Assembly: GCF_032191835.1 (NCBI RefSeq)
Contig: NC_083237.1
Span: 17,422,001-17,486,000 of the forward strand
Source: Heteronotia binoei
Lineage: Eukaryota
Direction: 5' to 3'
Length of the DNA: 64,000 nucleotides
Shown here in pieces: positions 1 to 12,469 of the stretch (position 1 is the stretch's first letter; each line of letters begins with the position of its first letter). The position numbers were made by a program, and so were the translations under genes. Under the pieces are notes generated by a model. It was not told where the DNA came from and ran no database searches. It worked only from the letters and a program-made list of their open reading frames with translations.

Positions 1-212
1 TGTTTTACGGGGTGGTTTGCCACTGCCTTCCCGAGTCATCGGCACTTCCCCCCCAGAAAGTGGGGTACTCATTCAGCCGACCTCGGAAGGATGGAAGGCT
101 GAGTCAACCTGGAGCCAGCTACCTGAACCCAGCTTTGCCGGGATCGAACTCAGGTCCTGAGCAGAGCCTGGACTGCAATACTGCAGCTTTACCACTCTGC
201 GCCACGGGGCTC
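1..212 (-). mobile_element. Sauria-type tRNA-derived SINE, cut by the window edge
   Basis: The minus strand reads GAGCCCCGTGGCGCAGAGTGG (A box), GAGTTCGATCCC (B box), then a Bov-B-like GGGAAGGCAGTGGCAAACCAC segment. A complete paralogous copy is at 29281-29571. Confidence 0.8.
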
Positions 213-971
213 CTTGAGGATGACTAGATAGCATCGTATTTTATTTCTTTTATTTACTTCATCTCTATCCCACCTCACACCCCAATAGGGAGCCAAAGTG
301 CAGGCCATCCTCCATTCTATCCTCACAACAACCTTGGTGAGGCTGAGAGTGGTGCCGGGCTTAAGGCCACCAGGAGGCTTCCATGGCAGGAATGGGGATT
401 CAAACCCCAGGTCTTCCCAGGTCCTAGTCCAATACTCTTAACTAGTGCATCATGCTGGCTCATATCTAACTCGCAGCCAGCCATGCCTGGAGCTCCTCTA
501 AACACAGCCATATCCAAAGAGGATAAGTTGGGCATTTGCCCAAAGGCCAAGGGTGCCCTCCCCAACAACCTCCCCGAGGGTGGGAAGGAGTCTAGCAAGC
601 CCTGGCTCTTTCTGGTGTAGAGGAGCCCAGGGCCTTTGAAGGCAGACCGCAGCCCCCTGTGCTGTTCCTTGGTGGCAGTGGGACATCCCTGAAAGAAGAA
701 GAATAGCAGATTTATTCCCCGCCCTTCTCCCTGAATCAGAGACTCTAGATGGGGCCTGGAGATCTCTCAGGATTACAACTGAACTCCAGACCATGGAAGA
801 GTCAAGTTTCAGCTTTCGTGTGCTAGAAGCTCACGTCATCAGACAATAGTATATAATGGCAAGCAGTCCTAATTACAGAGAAAGTGGGCAGTGAGTTCAT
901 ATGCAGAGTCATGGGGATGTTATTTAGCAGATTTAAAGAATCACAAGTTGGGGTCTGGTGTTTATCAGTTA

Positions 972-1085
972 GTGTCTGATGAAGTGTGCTTAGAGCACAT
1001 GAAAGCATACATTCTGAATAAAACTTTGTGGGTCTTAAAGGTGCAAAATTGACTCTTGCTTTGTTCTACTGCTTCAGACCAACCT
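972..1085 (+). mobile_element. Penelope-like (Neptune-type) pseudo-LTR fragment with a hammerhead-like motif
   Basis: CTGATGA-A-GTGTGC/GCACAT-GAAAGC is followed by AATAAAACTTTGTGGGTCTTAAAGGTGC...CAGACCAAC, which resembles the reptile PLE terminus. Confidence 0.7.
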
Positions 1086-1451
1086 GGATCTATCCAGACC
1101 ATGGAGATCACTTCACCTGCAGAAAATGCCTGCTTTGGAGGGTTTATGTCTTTCCACAGTTTTATGGCATTATATACTGTCCCTCCACAGGCTCCACCCA
1201 CAAATCTCCAGGCATTTCTCAGCCTGGAGTTGTCAAGCCTACCACCCCTGGACTGGGTTGTCTTTTTGGGTCTGAGACTTGTGTTTCAGTGGACGGATGA
1301 AACCTGGAGGGGGCCAGCTCTGGCACACGCTCATTGGCTTCTTTTAAGATGTCTCTGCATGTCTGCTTGCAGGGTTGGCCTTGGAAATTCTAGACTCACA
1401 CAGTGAATTCTCAGCCGATGCAGGGTGTTAGTCTCAGAGTTGGTCCGGTCC

Positions 1452-1970
1452 TAAGAACATAAGAGAAGCCATGTTGGATCAGGCCAATGGCCCATCCAGT
1501 CCAACACTCTGTATCACACAGTGGCCAAAAATTTAGACACATACATATACATACACACTGTGCCTGAAAGCCACTGATGGACATCTGCTCCATATTTTTA
1601 TCTAAACCCCTCTTGAAGCTGGCTATGCTTGTAGCTGCCACCACCTCCTGTGGCAGTGCATTCCACATGTTAATCACCCTTTGGGTGAAGAAGTACCTCC
1701 TTTTATCTGTTCTAACCCGACTGCTCAGCAATTTCATTGAATGCCCACGAGTTCTTGTATTGTGAGAAAGGGAGAAAAGTACTTCTTTCTCTACCTTCTC
1801 CATCCCATGCATAATCTTGTAAACCTCTATCATGTCACCCCGCAGTTGACGTTTCTTCAAGCTAAAGAGCCTCAAGCGTTTTAACCTTTCTTCCTAGGGA
1901 AAGTGTTCCAAACCTGTAATCATTCTAGTTGCCCTTTTCTGCACTTTTTCCAGTGCTATAATATCCTTTT
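1452..1970 (-). mobile_element. CR1 LINE 3' fragment
   Basis: Minus-strand ORF LFSLKKRQLRGDMIEVYKIM...FTQRVINMWN (CR1 ORF2 C-terminus) plus the CTTATGTTCTTA tail. Confidence 0.9.
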
Positions 1971-2387
1971 AATATATTATCCTATATATAATATATATTC
2001 TTTTAATATAATTTTAATATAATATCCTGGGTGAAGCTATGGGAAACAAACTACATGCTAATGGGTTGGTTGGCCAGGACTGAAGCTCTATGATGCCTTC
2101 CTGTGAAATATACATGATAACTTTTGTAGTGCCTTCCTTTGAAATCTACAAACTTACAAGATAGCCTTTGAAATGCCTTCTTCTGAAATCTACAAATCTT
2201 TATGGCCACTTTTGAAGGAATCATTGTGGGGAGGGGGACAACTGAAGAGTGGATTGATTTCCTCTTGAAAGAATTACAGATTGCATTGTGAACATCCATT
2301 GGTGAGAGAGAAAGGACTTCTATTGTATGAGGATTGTGATCCCTGTTCACAAGGACTTGTACAGTTAGTGACTCGTGGTGATGTATG

Positions 2388-2584
2388 CAGGGCTTTTTTG
2401 GCAGAAAAAGTCTAGCAGGAACTCATTTGCATATTAGGCCACACCCCCTGATGTCACCATTGTTTCACATAAGGGTTTTTGTAGAAAAAGCCTAGCGGGA
2501 ATTCATTTGCATATTAGACCACACACCCTGACACCAAGCCAGCCGGAACTGTGTTCCTCTGCGTTCCTGCTCAAAAAAGCCCTG
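2388..2584. mobile_element. hAT-type MITE, family 1 (TIR CAGGGCTTTTTT)
   Basis: Perfect TIRs CAGGGCTTTTTT/AAAAAAGCCCTG and a perfect 8-bp TSD GATGTATG (2380-2387, 2585-2592). Confidence 0.9.
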
Positions 2585-2609
2585 GATGTATGCATGATTT
2601 TGTAGTGAA

Positions 2610-2880
2610 TTGGATAAGCATATGGAGCAGAAGTCCATCAGGAGCTTCCATCAGGGGCTATTAGCCATAGCGTATTGTTGGAACTCTCTGTCTGGGGCAG
2701 TGATGATCTGTATTCTTGGTGCTAGGGCTTGGGGGGGCAACAGTGGGAGGACTTCTGGTGTCCTGGCCCCACTGATGGACCTCCTGATGGCACCTGGGGT
2801 TTTGGCCACTGTGTGACACAGACTTTTGGACTGAATGGGCCATTGGTCTGATTCAACATGGCTTTTCTTATGTTCTTATG
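2610..2880 (+). mobile_element. CR1 3' end/UTR fragment
   Basis: GGATAAGCATATGGAG...GGCCACTGTGTGACACAG...CTTATGTTCTTATG; same family as 1452-1970 in the opposite orientation. Paralogue at about 31993-32262. Confidence 0.85.
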
Positions 2881-2991
2881 AATTAATTGAATATATTAAT
2901 TAAGTGTATGGATTAAAGTTACATTAAGATAGTTTATAAATGCGAGTATTGTATACATTTTAATTAGTAATTGTGGTTGCAATAGTCTGAG

Positions 2992-3451
2992 TGTCAAGCA
3001 CGGTAAAATTCGATTGATAATTGATTGTTTTAGGGTCCTCCATAACACTGGTCTGTGAAATGTCTCGGAGGTCTGTTAACTCTGTTATTCTTTCCCCAAC
3101 CCCTTCTTGCTTTATTGCTTGCAAAGTAGAAGTAGAGAGAAACTAAACTAACTTGAGAAGAAGTAATCAGCACCTTCCCATACATTCCTGTTAGGGAGTG
3201 CGACACATCTGGAGAGAGCAAGGACAGAGTCCTGATAATGCCGTGAGAATGTAGACATTTATGATAGTTTATGTGTGAGAGCTATCCCTTGCCCCCACCT
3301 TTTGAAATCCTTTTGAAGTAAGCCTTAAAAATATTGTATCAATGTATCTGTAGCATCATTCTCAAGAATCTGTTACACTGAAAGTATCCTTATATCAATA
3401 AATGTAGTTTTGTATCAAGCTCGACTCGTCATTGAAACCGCATGCTTGACA
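2992..3451 (+). mobile_element. Solo LTR of the Gypsy element that is full-length in copy B
   Basis: TGTCAAGCA...TGCTTGACA ends and a 5-bp TSD CTGAG on both sides; matches the LTRs at 32375-32841 and 37830-38295. Confidence 0.95.
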
Positions 3452-4646
3452 CTGAGGGCTTTGTTTCACTTTGCTCCATTTATCATTGCAATTCTCCCAG
3501 GATTTGGTAACCTCCAGGTGGGGCTTGAAGATCTCCTGGAATTACAACTGGCCTTCAAAAGACTCCCACATTGCATCGAAGGAAACACCATTTTCTAATG
3601 CTGCACGCTGTACTTAGAAATGAAGTCTTGTGCCCTTAAGAACATAAAAAAAGCCATGTTGGATCAGGCCAATGGGCCATCTGAATGAACTAGATCTTTC
3701 AAACTTCTAGTATGTCTGAAGCCAATGAAAGGAGGCATACTGCTCCCAGGAATATCAAGCAAAAGATGCCAATGTTTATAAAGGTGAGAAAAAGGGGTGT
3801 AGTTGAAGGCACAAGAGATTTTATTAGTAGTCCTCTTACAAAAGATCTACAAAAGTAGATTTAAAATCTAAAAATTTACAAAAGTAGTCCTCTTACAAAA
3901 GTCCTCTACAAAAGATCTTTACGATCCACACTGTAAGCCCTACCCACTGCAGATTGCACAATTTATCTAGAGTAGCCACGTGTCAAAAATGCATTCTGCG
4001 ACTTTTTACAGTCCCTCATATAATCACTGTGTTTAGTGGAGTTCCTTTCTACGTGTAAAAATTGGCTGTATGGCAAACTCTCACACATGCATAAGAAGTA
4101 CATAGATAAGCTCTTTGGGATCCTGAATAAATATGAATATAATGATGTTGATCCACACTGTACACAGCTCCATTACTTTTACGGGATCCGGCAATGCAGA
4201 TATGGTTTCTTTTTTAGGCTGGTGTATTTACCACACCTGTAATTATACTCTGGCCATGCACCTATTTAGGAACCGTACAGATCGGAGTTCCGTTTTATAT
4301 TTTCGATCCTTCCATCCACGACATTTGCTGGCCCCGGGTCATCCAGTGACGTTCCATGCTGTGATTCAAAACTGGGTCTTCCAGATATTGTCCAATGCTT
4401 ATACCACACTAGCTCTCAAGGCTTTGAGATACCTTGGGCTTTGATATCATGGAAGAGGAAGAAAAGTTCTCTCTAGCCCCTTCTCAGTGTTGCATGTTTT
4501 GTAAACCTTTATTTCTCACCTTGCAATCAGTTGGGATTACCATGTTCTTTGCCTTTTTGAGGTGGGAGCAAAGAGGACTGCATCCAGTAATACAACTGGA
4601 ACAACATCAAAGTTTAACATAATGGCCTTAGGCAATGGGCCTCCAA

Positions 4647-4864
4647 TAGGGTTGCCAGGTCTCTGTTGGAAAATACCTGGAGACTTTGGGGGTGGATCCA
4701 GGAGTGGGTGGGCACTGGGGAGGGGCGGGGCCTCACTCAGCAGGAGACAATGCCCGAGTCCACCCTTCAAAGCAGCCACTCTCTCCAGGGGAGCTGATCT
4801 CTGCCAGCTGGAGGTCAGTTGTAAAAGCAGATCTCCAGGCCCCACCTGGAGGCTGGTAACCCTA
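4647..4864. mobile_element. hAT-type MITE, family 2 (TIR TAGGGTTGCCA)
   Basis: TAGGGTTGCCAG/CTGGTAACCCTA with a perfect 8-bp TSD GCCTCCAA. Confidence 0.9.
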
Positions 4865-7800
4865 GCCTCCAATTACCTTTTTGCTTGCTTATCTTCAGAG
4901 GCTGAAGTTCTCTTGAGGCACCTTCTTGGCCCACTCTGCCCTTGAACCAAGATGGCTTTTCTCTCCCTTTTCTCCTCAGAACTCCCTCTGTCTTCCCTCA
5001 TGCCTCTCCTTTTCCCTTCAGGCCTGGAGATTTGAGAGCAGCACAGGGCCAGAGATTCCACCCTCCAAAAGCATCCGAATTCTCCAGGGCTACTGATCTC
5101 TGTAGTCTGGAGATGAGTTGTAATCCCAAGAGATCCCCAGACCCCACTTGGAGGGTGGCACCCCTAAATCCTGGGGACTCTTCTAGAGGGTGGAGTCTGT
5201 GACATTATGCCCCGCTGAGGTCCCTCGCCTCCCCAAACCCGGCCTCCTGCAGTCGCCACTCCCAAAACTCCAGTCATTTTCTCATCTGGACTTTATAGCC
5301 CTACAGACAGTGAAGTCCTCCAGAGACACCAAGGCCACAGACGTTTGTTGTGTTGAAAACATTTTATTGCATTTAGAAAGGGAAAGGGGAAAGAGAAATG
5401 GGAATAAAAAAAATTTCGCTGTTCCATTTCTGAATGATACAAAAATAGATAACACATGAAAAGCAAAGTATTTCTCTATATAAGTTAAGTTGCAACAAAT
5501 TACTGTCTTTTGATCTGTTGATATAATCTCATTTTAACAATCAAAATTCTACTAATTCATAGTTTCATACTACTAACATTGCCTGTAAAGGACAAAGTTA
5601 TACCAGAGTGTCTAACCAAGTATAGAAGGGTTTCCAAAGGATCTGTTTCTTGTACTGATCTCTCCTTTGGGGGAGAGGAAAGTTTGTCCAACTCAGCTGT
5701 TTCTAATACTTTTCCAATTGGATCTTGTTTCTAATGCTCTTGTGAGAGGCAGCCCTGGATGCTCAGAGGAACTTGGGGATGTGAAAATGCTATCATATAT
5801 TTAAAATAGTTTCATAAATAGTCATATTTCTGGGCATGCAGGTGTTTGGGCTGGTCCACGGCATACAATTGGCCACTGGCTCTTTCAGTTGATGGGAAAT
5901 GCGGCTCCGTGGCCAACACAGCATGAGTGACACTGATGAAATGCCAGAAACACAAACAAGTTTTAACAGCAGTTTGCTTCCCTTCAGGCCTTGACGTCTG
6001 TTTTCTCTGTTTGGTGGGTTACCCCAGCAGTGCCAGGTGGGAAACGTTCTACCCTAGTGAAACAATCCAGAGCCCATTGTGATGGAAACTCGGAACCTAG
6101 ACTGCCTTTTCCGTTGGGTGGATACAGGTTCAACTGTCAACTGACTCTTGGACTAGCATCCATCTGCTGGGAAAATTGAGAGCTCAGTTTATTCAATTCT
6201 CCAGAGCAGCAATCAGTCATTGCCTTATCTGGACTTTGTAGCCCTACAGACAGGGAAATCCTTCTCTTCGATCCAGAGAAACCAGTGGTTGTAATGGTTG
6301 AGAAAATGGTAAGGAAGATTCTGACACTCTTTATCTGTGGGTTGAAAGGCTAAGGGAGAGGGTTGCCAGCCTCCAGTCTGGGCCTGGAGATCTCCTGCTT
6401 TTACAACTGATCTCCAGCAGGCAGAGATCAGCTCCCCTGGAGAAAATGGCTACTTTGAAGGTTGGACTCTTGGGCATTGTGCGATGCTGAAGCCCCTCCC
6501 CTCCCCAAACCCCACCTTCTCCTGGACCCAAAGTCTTCAGGTGTTTTCCAACACAGATCTGGTGAAGTGACTCAACTGTGGAGGAGGGAGGCATGCCCAG
6601 AAATTGCACTGGCATAGGTGAAAGGCCAGAGAGATTTGGCAGCCCAAAGGGACCAAATCCAAAATAGCTCAGCCTTGGGTGGTAAAAAATTCTTATAAAC
6701 CAGTTACAAAATTAAATCTTATCTTATAAACCAATTACATAATTGGAGAGAAGCTATGTTCTACTGATCTGCTGTCTTACTGTGGATCATATTAGATATA
6801 TCACAACAAATAAATTGTACAGTAAAAGTTAGTAATTTGGTGCCCTTTAAGTGTAATCAGTAGTCTGATTTTATAAAGAATGTTTTTTTAAAAGAAAAAG
6901 GCCACAAATGGCTCTGTCTTTATCTCCATACTTCCAACAGTTCACAAAAGGGCCTTTCTCTTCAAAAAGAGAACCATTTCCCTGAATTTGCATTGATGAT
7001 TCTGATGATCTCTTCCAAGAAACATCATCTTCTGGGGAGGCATGAGGAGGACAGGGAGTTGTGAGGGGAGAAGTGCAGGGGGGGCTCCCTCTCCATTCTG
7101 CCTGGATCCAGCCCACCACCATGGGGCCTTTTGCCTAGCATTTCAATTGCTATTCCTACCAGACGTGGGGAAGAGAATGGGGAGGAATTGTTAGGAGATG
7201 GTCTCCCAATAGAACCCCTAGTAGCTCCAAGCCAATCAAGGCATCTCACCTGCTGGTGATTCTTTCTACATGCCTGGTAAGCCAGTGGCTGTCTTAACAT
7301 CTGACCTTTCAAGGGTCCTCCTTGAAAAGAAAAGAGAAATGAATGAGCTAAAACAAACAAACGAAAGGAAATGTGCCTTCTTGTGATCAAGAAGCCAACT
7401 GTGATGCTTCTGAGAAGGGTCTTAAACCCCGCCTTCTCTGGACCCTTTGGCCTTGCAGCTGCAGCATCAGGAGGTGCGAGAGGAAGAGGTGGCCCTTCAG
7501 GGGAGCCTTCAGGAGGTGCTAGAAGGTGCCACAGAAGAGTCTTTGGTTTGTGACACCCAGGAGGAGTTTTGTCCTGTGCCGAGCGAGAGCCCGGAAGGAA
7601 ACCTGGAGTGCTCAGCAAATGAGGTGAGTCTGGAAAGGAAAGACAGAAGCTGGACAGTTAATCAGAGGCATAGGTTGGCTATGGGGCTGGAATAATGAGA
7701 GAAGGCGCAGTTAGAGGTCAATGTCCAGAGAGGGAATGTGAGGGCCACCCAGCTGCCAAGAGATTTCCCTGGGAAGCTGGATCATGAGTGTCTGTTCCCG

Positions 7801-8204
7801 TTGTCACCTTGTCTCCTCTGAATGGGAGGAGCTCCCCAGCCCGTGGGCAGAGAAAGCTACTCCCCCTGAGGCCAGAGTGACAACTCCTGCCACAGAACCT
7901 GGGGCCCGGGGTCACCACTTGGGGGTAAATGGACTAGATGAAAAATAAAGGAGGTGAAATACGCATTCTTGCTTCTTCGTGGAGAAGCCAGCTGTGATGA
8001 GGGTCTTAAATTAAATCAAGAACCAAAAAAGGTAAGAAATAAACGTAGCAGAGGGCCAATAGTTAAAACCTCATATATACTTGTTATAATAAAAATACAC
8101 ATATTAATTAAAATTATATTTATTAATTAATTAATTAATTAATTATATATATATATATAGGCCCATTGAAAGCCTTGTAACAAAATACGAATGACATATA
8201 CACA

Positions 8205-8870
8205 ATGATGATGATGATAATGATGATATTGGTTTTATATTCCACCCTCCACTCCGAATCTCAGAGTCTTAGAGCTGCTCACAATCTTCTTTCCCTTCCT
8301 CCCCCACAACAGACACCCTGTGAGGTGGGTGGGGCTGAGAGGGCTCTCACAGCAGCTGCCCTTTCAAGGACAGAGTCTCAGAGCGTCTCACAATCTCCTT
8401 TCCCTTCCTCCCCCACAACAGACACCCTGTGAGGTGGGTGGGGCTGAGCGGGCTTTCACAACAGCTGCCCTTTCAAGGACAGAGTCTCACAGTGGCCCAC
8501 AATCTCCTTTCCCTTCGTCCCCCACAACAGACACCCTGTGAGGTGGGTGGGGCTGAGAGGGCTCTAAAAGCAGCTGCCCTTTCAAGGACAGAGTCTCACA
8601 GTGGCTTACAATCTCCTTTCCCTTCCTCCCCCACACAGACACCCTGTGAGGTGGGTGGGGCTGAGCGGGCTTTCACAGCAGCTGCCCTTTCGAGGACAGA
8701 GTCTCACAGTGGCCCACAATCTCCTTTCCCTTCCTCCCCCCCAACAGACACCCTGTGAGGTGGGTGGGGCTGAGAGGGCTCTAAAAGCAGCTGCCCTTTC
8801 AAGGACAGAGTCTCAGAGCAGCTCACAATCTTTTTTCCCTCACAATCTTTTTTTCTCACAATCTTTTTTT
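8205..8870 (-). repeat. Tandem array of about five 109-bp copies of a SINE 3' body plus the (ATG)n tail
   Basis: CACAATCTCC...AGACACCCTGTGAGGTGGGTGGGGCTGAG...CTTTCAAGGACAGAGTCTC recurs near 8277, 8387, 8496, 8605 and 8713, with a partial unit at 8821. Confidence 0.9.
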
Positions 8871-9415
8871 GGGATACGAGTTTAATAAAGTTGCAGAGAT
8901 TTTTCTGTTAGGATTACAAATGGAAAAATTTCCAAAAGAAGACAGAACTTTAATCTGGTACTTGCTCTCAGCTGCTAGGACATTGTATGCGCAGTTGTGG
9001 AAGCAAGAAAAAATACCAGAGAAATGGGATTGGATTATAAATGTTATGTCATGGAGTGAAATGGACAAATTAACAAGAATATTAAAAGACTATGACTTAG
9101 AAGTTTTTAAGATGGAGTGGAAGAATTTCAGAAGATATGTAGAAAAAGTGTGGAAAATAAAAGGACATTGGACAATCTTTGATAATGATTAAGTTTTTAA
9201 AACAAGAATATAACTTTTGGTTTTTTAATAGTTAAGGGTACCTTTAATATTTGTGTTTTTTTAAGTAAATAACACTGGTGGGGGTCAAGTAACGGGGGGA
9301 GGGGTGGGGGAAAAGTAAGATATGGGGTAGATAAATTTTTCTTTTTTTAAGTTGTAAGATAAAGATATAGATCTGCTACCATACGTTACCAATAAAAATT
9401 GTTTATGCAAAAAAA
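8871..9415 (+). mobile_element. L1/Tx1-type LINE 3' fragment
   Basis: ORF LLGL...LLSAARTLYAQLWK...P..W...MDKLT...FKMEWKNFRRY resembles the non-mammalian L1 ORF2 C-terminus; followed by a 3' UTR, AATAAA and an A-tail. Confidence 0.75.
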
Positions 9416-9492
9416 CCCCCACCAAGTTTGAGGTACAAATAGGCACATATTACAAAGAACTGTTACAAAGAACTAGCAAAGAATATAACAAC

Positions 9493-9828
9493 ATGTTGTC
9501 AAACGATTTCATAGCCAGAGTCCATTGGTTGTTGTAGAATTTCTGGGCGGTGTGGCCGTGGTTTTGGAATTTTGAGACATGATGTTTTGCCCGTGACTGT
9601 GACTGGCATCCTCAAAGGTGTAACGCAGAAAAAGAAAGCTCCCACAAGATAATGACTCAGCCCTACCCTACCTTCCTGAGTAGATACAAATTACCTGCCT
9701 ACCAACTTCTTCTCAATTTGACGCAGAGAGAACTCCAGTTTTCGGGGTTACACCTCTGAGGATGCAAAACGTCGGGTCTCATAATGGCAAGACCATGGCC
9801 ACACAGCCCGGGAAATCTACAACAACCA
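9493..9828. mobile_element. Decayed inverted pair of Penelope pseudo-LTR fragments
   Basis: 9493-9618 (GTTGTC...GCATCCTCAAAGG) and 9754-9828 (CCTCTGAGGATGC...AAACGTC...CTACAACAACC) are reverse-complementary PLE-like termini. Confidence 0.6.
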
Positions 9829-10202
9829 TTATAACAATACTGGACCAAAAAAGGAATTTTCCAAAGAGAGATCAGTAGGCACAAGACAGGAATGTTCAAG
9901 AGACCTCTCAGGAATAAATCATGCATCCAGTGCATATGCACGGGTGGTAAAAGATGTTACTGTTGTCTGTCTTCCAGTTCTGGTCCAGAAAGTAATGCTA
10001 TATTCCATTATTCAGAGCCAAGACATCGACAGAAGGCAGCAAGAGGAACAGGAAGAAGAGGAAGCCTCTCAGGATAGTCGAAATGTTGCGGAGGAAGGGG
10101 CAGTAGACGACCCTTTGCTTTCTAGTTCCCCAGAGGAGTCTTCGCCTTCGCCAGATGAACAACACAAAGTACCCTTGGAGGTCATAGTAAATGTGGTAAG
10201 TC

Positions 10203-10540
10203 TTAAGAACATAAGAGAAGCCATATTGGATCAGGCCAAAAGTCCATCATTCCAACACTCTGTGTCACACAATGGCCAAAAAATCTAGGTGTCATCAGGA
10301 GGTCCATCAGTGGGGCCAGGACACCAGAAGCCCTCCCACTGCTGCATCCCCCCAAGCACCAAGAATACATAGCATCAATGCCCCAGACAGAGAGTTCCAA
10401 CAAAACGCTGTGGCTAATAGCCACTGATGGACCTCTGCTGTTTATCCAACCACCTCTTGAAGCTGTCTACGCTTGCAGCTGCCACCACCTCCTGTAGCAG
10501 TGAATTCCATGTGTTCATCACCCTTTGGGTGAAATAGGAC
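10203..10540 (-). mobile_element. CR1 3' fragment
   Basis: TAAGAACATAAGAGAAGCC tail followed by the reverse complement of the ORF2 end. Confidence 0.85.
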
Positions 10541-12469
10541 TTATCTTCAAAGGAGAGAGAGAAGCTGGACAGATAAACAGAAAAGCTAGTTGAATAAGGG
10601 GTCGGGGGGGGGGGGAGTGGGGTGAGAGAAGAATTCAGGCAATAATCCTCTCAGTCCTGGAGATCAATAAATGAGAAACTAGAACAAGCAGATGTCTTCT
10701 CTGCTCAGACTTGTTGGAGCTCTCCCAGATTATTCCTCAGAACGTGGGGTCTCTATGGCACCAGAGTTAAATCTTGTGTGTGCAAATCATGGTGCCCTAC
10801 CACTGAGCTATGGGACCTTCCAGAAACATCTGGAGCTGCTTTATGCAGAGTCAGTCTCTAGGCCTGCCCAGCTTTAGTATTGCCAACTCTAACTGGCAGC
10901 GGCTCTGCAGACCTTCACAATGTCTGCTGTTGCCTGAAATTCTTTAAATAACCTGAGACCTGCTGCATGGAAGTCTTGGCCTCTGACCATGGAGAAATGG
11001 GCCCTGCTTCCTATCAAATGGTTGCTGGGAAACCAGGTCAGCTTATGGAGTTGCCTCATGCCGAGTCAGAGAGTTGGTCCATCTGGCTCAGCATTTTCCA
11101 TTGGCTCTCCACCTGCAGGGCCAGCCCTCTCCATTAGGCATCCCTAGGCCACTACCTAGGGTGCCATCCAGGGGGGGTACTGGGCTGGGTCCTCCCCCCG
11201 CCCTCAGCGAGGGAAATGGGTGAGCACGGCACCTGCACCTCAGAGTGCATGTGCTGCCTGGCTACCGTCACTCAGCCCAGCCACCATCCCTTGTGAAAGC
11301 TTCCAGAAGCGATAGCGGACAGGCGGAACGATGGCGGCTGGGAGGCATATGTGCTTTGAAGCGCAGGCGCTAGGCCACACCGTTGCTGTGGTGCTCACCC
11401 TCACTGGGGGCGAGGGAGGAGGGGTGCAGGCTGTGGGGTGAGGGGTGGCAGGGTAGGACCTCGCCTTGGGTGCCAGACCCCCTGGAGATGGCCCTGATCC
11501 CCTCACAAAAAACATTCCTCTGTCACCTGAAGTGTTTTTTTGGTTTCAAATGGTGTTTCCCTTCCAGGTGACCTCTGTCTACAGCCAGGACAGTGATGGG
11601 CAGGTGACAGAGAGCCCCCAGACCCCCAGGCCAGAGTCTCCTGACGGTGACTACTTAGCACAAGAGAGCTGCTACCTCACAGACCGCGAAGACCTCCACC
11701 AGGACTCTGGTGCTTCCACGGGCTACTTCCCTTGCTACCTCACCTACAGCAATCTCCCCCCCTACCAGTCTGAGAGTGACGATGAACTTCCAGACCCCCC
11801 AGCCAGTCCTGAGGCCAGCCTCCAAGTTGAGGGCACTTTGCAGGACAAAGCCAGCGAGAAGGAAGGAGGAGTGGAAGGCAGCCCCAGAGGGGAAGAGGCC
11901 AAGGTGAAGAAGCCCCACCCTGGCAAAGGGTCCCGGCTGCCCAGCCCGCAAGGGGCTTTGGGAATGCACAGCGAGGGAGGTGCTAGAGGCAAACTCTAGA
12001 AAGTCTAAGGAATGGGGCCTGCTGGCAATACAGGGCCAGTGCAGAGAAGAATGCAAGATGCCTCCTGGTCACATCACACGGAAGGGTTTCAGTGCCAGAC
12101 CTCTCAGGGAAGTTCTGGAGCAGGGCACAAAAATGTCGGCCCTCTTTTGTTGCTTGTGCCCAGTTCCAGAGATAGATTGCTCCTGTATGCAGGAGTTCTA
12201 AATAGTTCACTATTCCATGAATTTGTTGAATTCAGGTGGCCAGTTTTTCTGTTGGTACAGCCTCCCAGCAGAAAGGACCCACGTTGGGTTGCAAATTTAG
12301 TGCCTGGCAAAAAACACCTCAGAAAAGACCCAGTTTATGTCAAATGGGGCCAGCCTTTGTTTTTATTCCAAGGGATGCTCATTTTGTGTGGGATAGACGA
12401 AGTCTGGAAGATGTCAGCTATCATGTAAAAGAGATTCTAGTCCTCATTGTGCAGAAATTTACTTATTTA

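Noticed and set aside
4036-4444. Overlapping 68-aa and 103-aa ORFs (also 39656-40064) as a viral or transposase relic
   Set aside because: No recognisable motif or splice context; kept in both copies only because the duplication is recent. A tblastx search would settle it.
7025-7618. 197-aa minus-strand ORF (also 42669-43259)
   Set aside because: Antisense shadow of the purine-rich plus-strand exon region; non-ATG start and no domain.
12012-12428. 138-aa ORF retained in both Y copies
   Set aside because: No recognisable domain or convincing splice sites; lies in an inferred intron of gene G.
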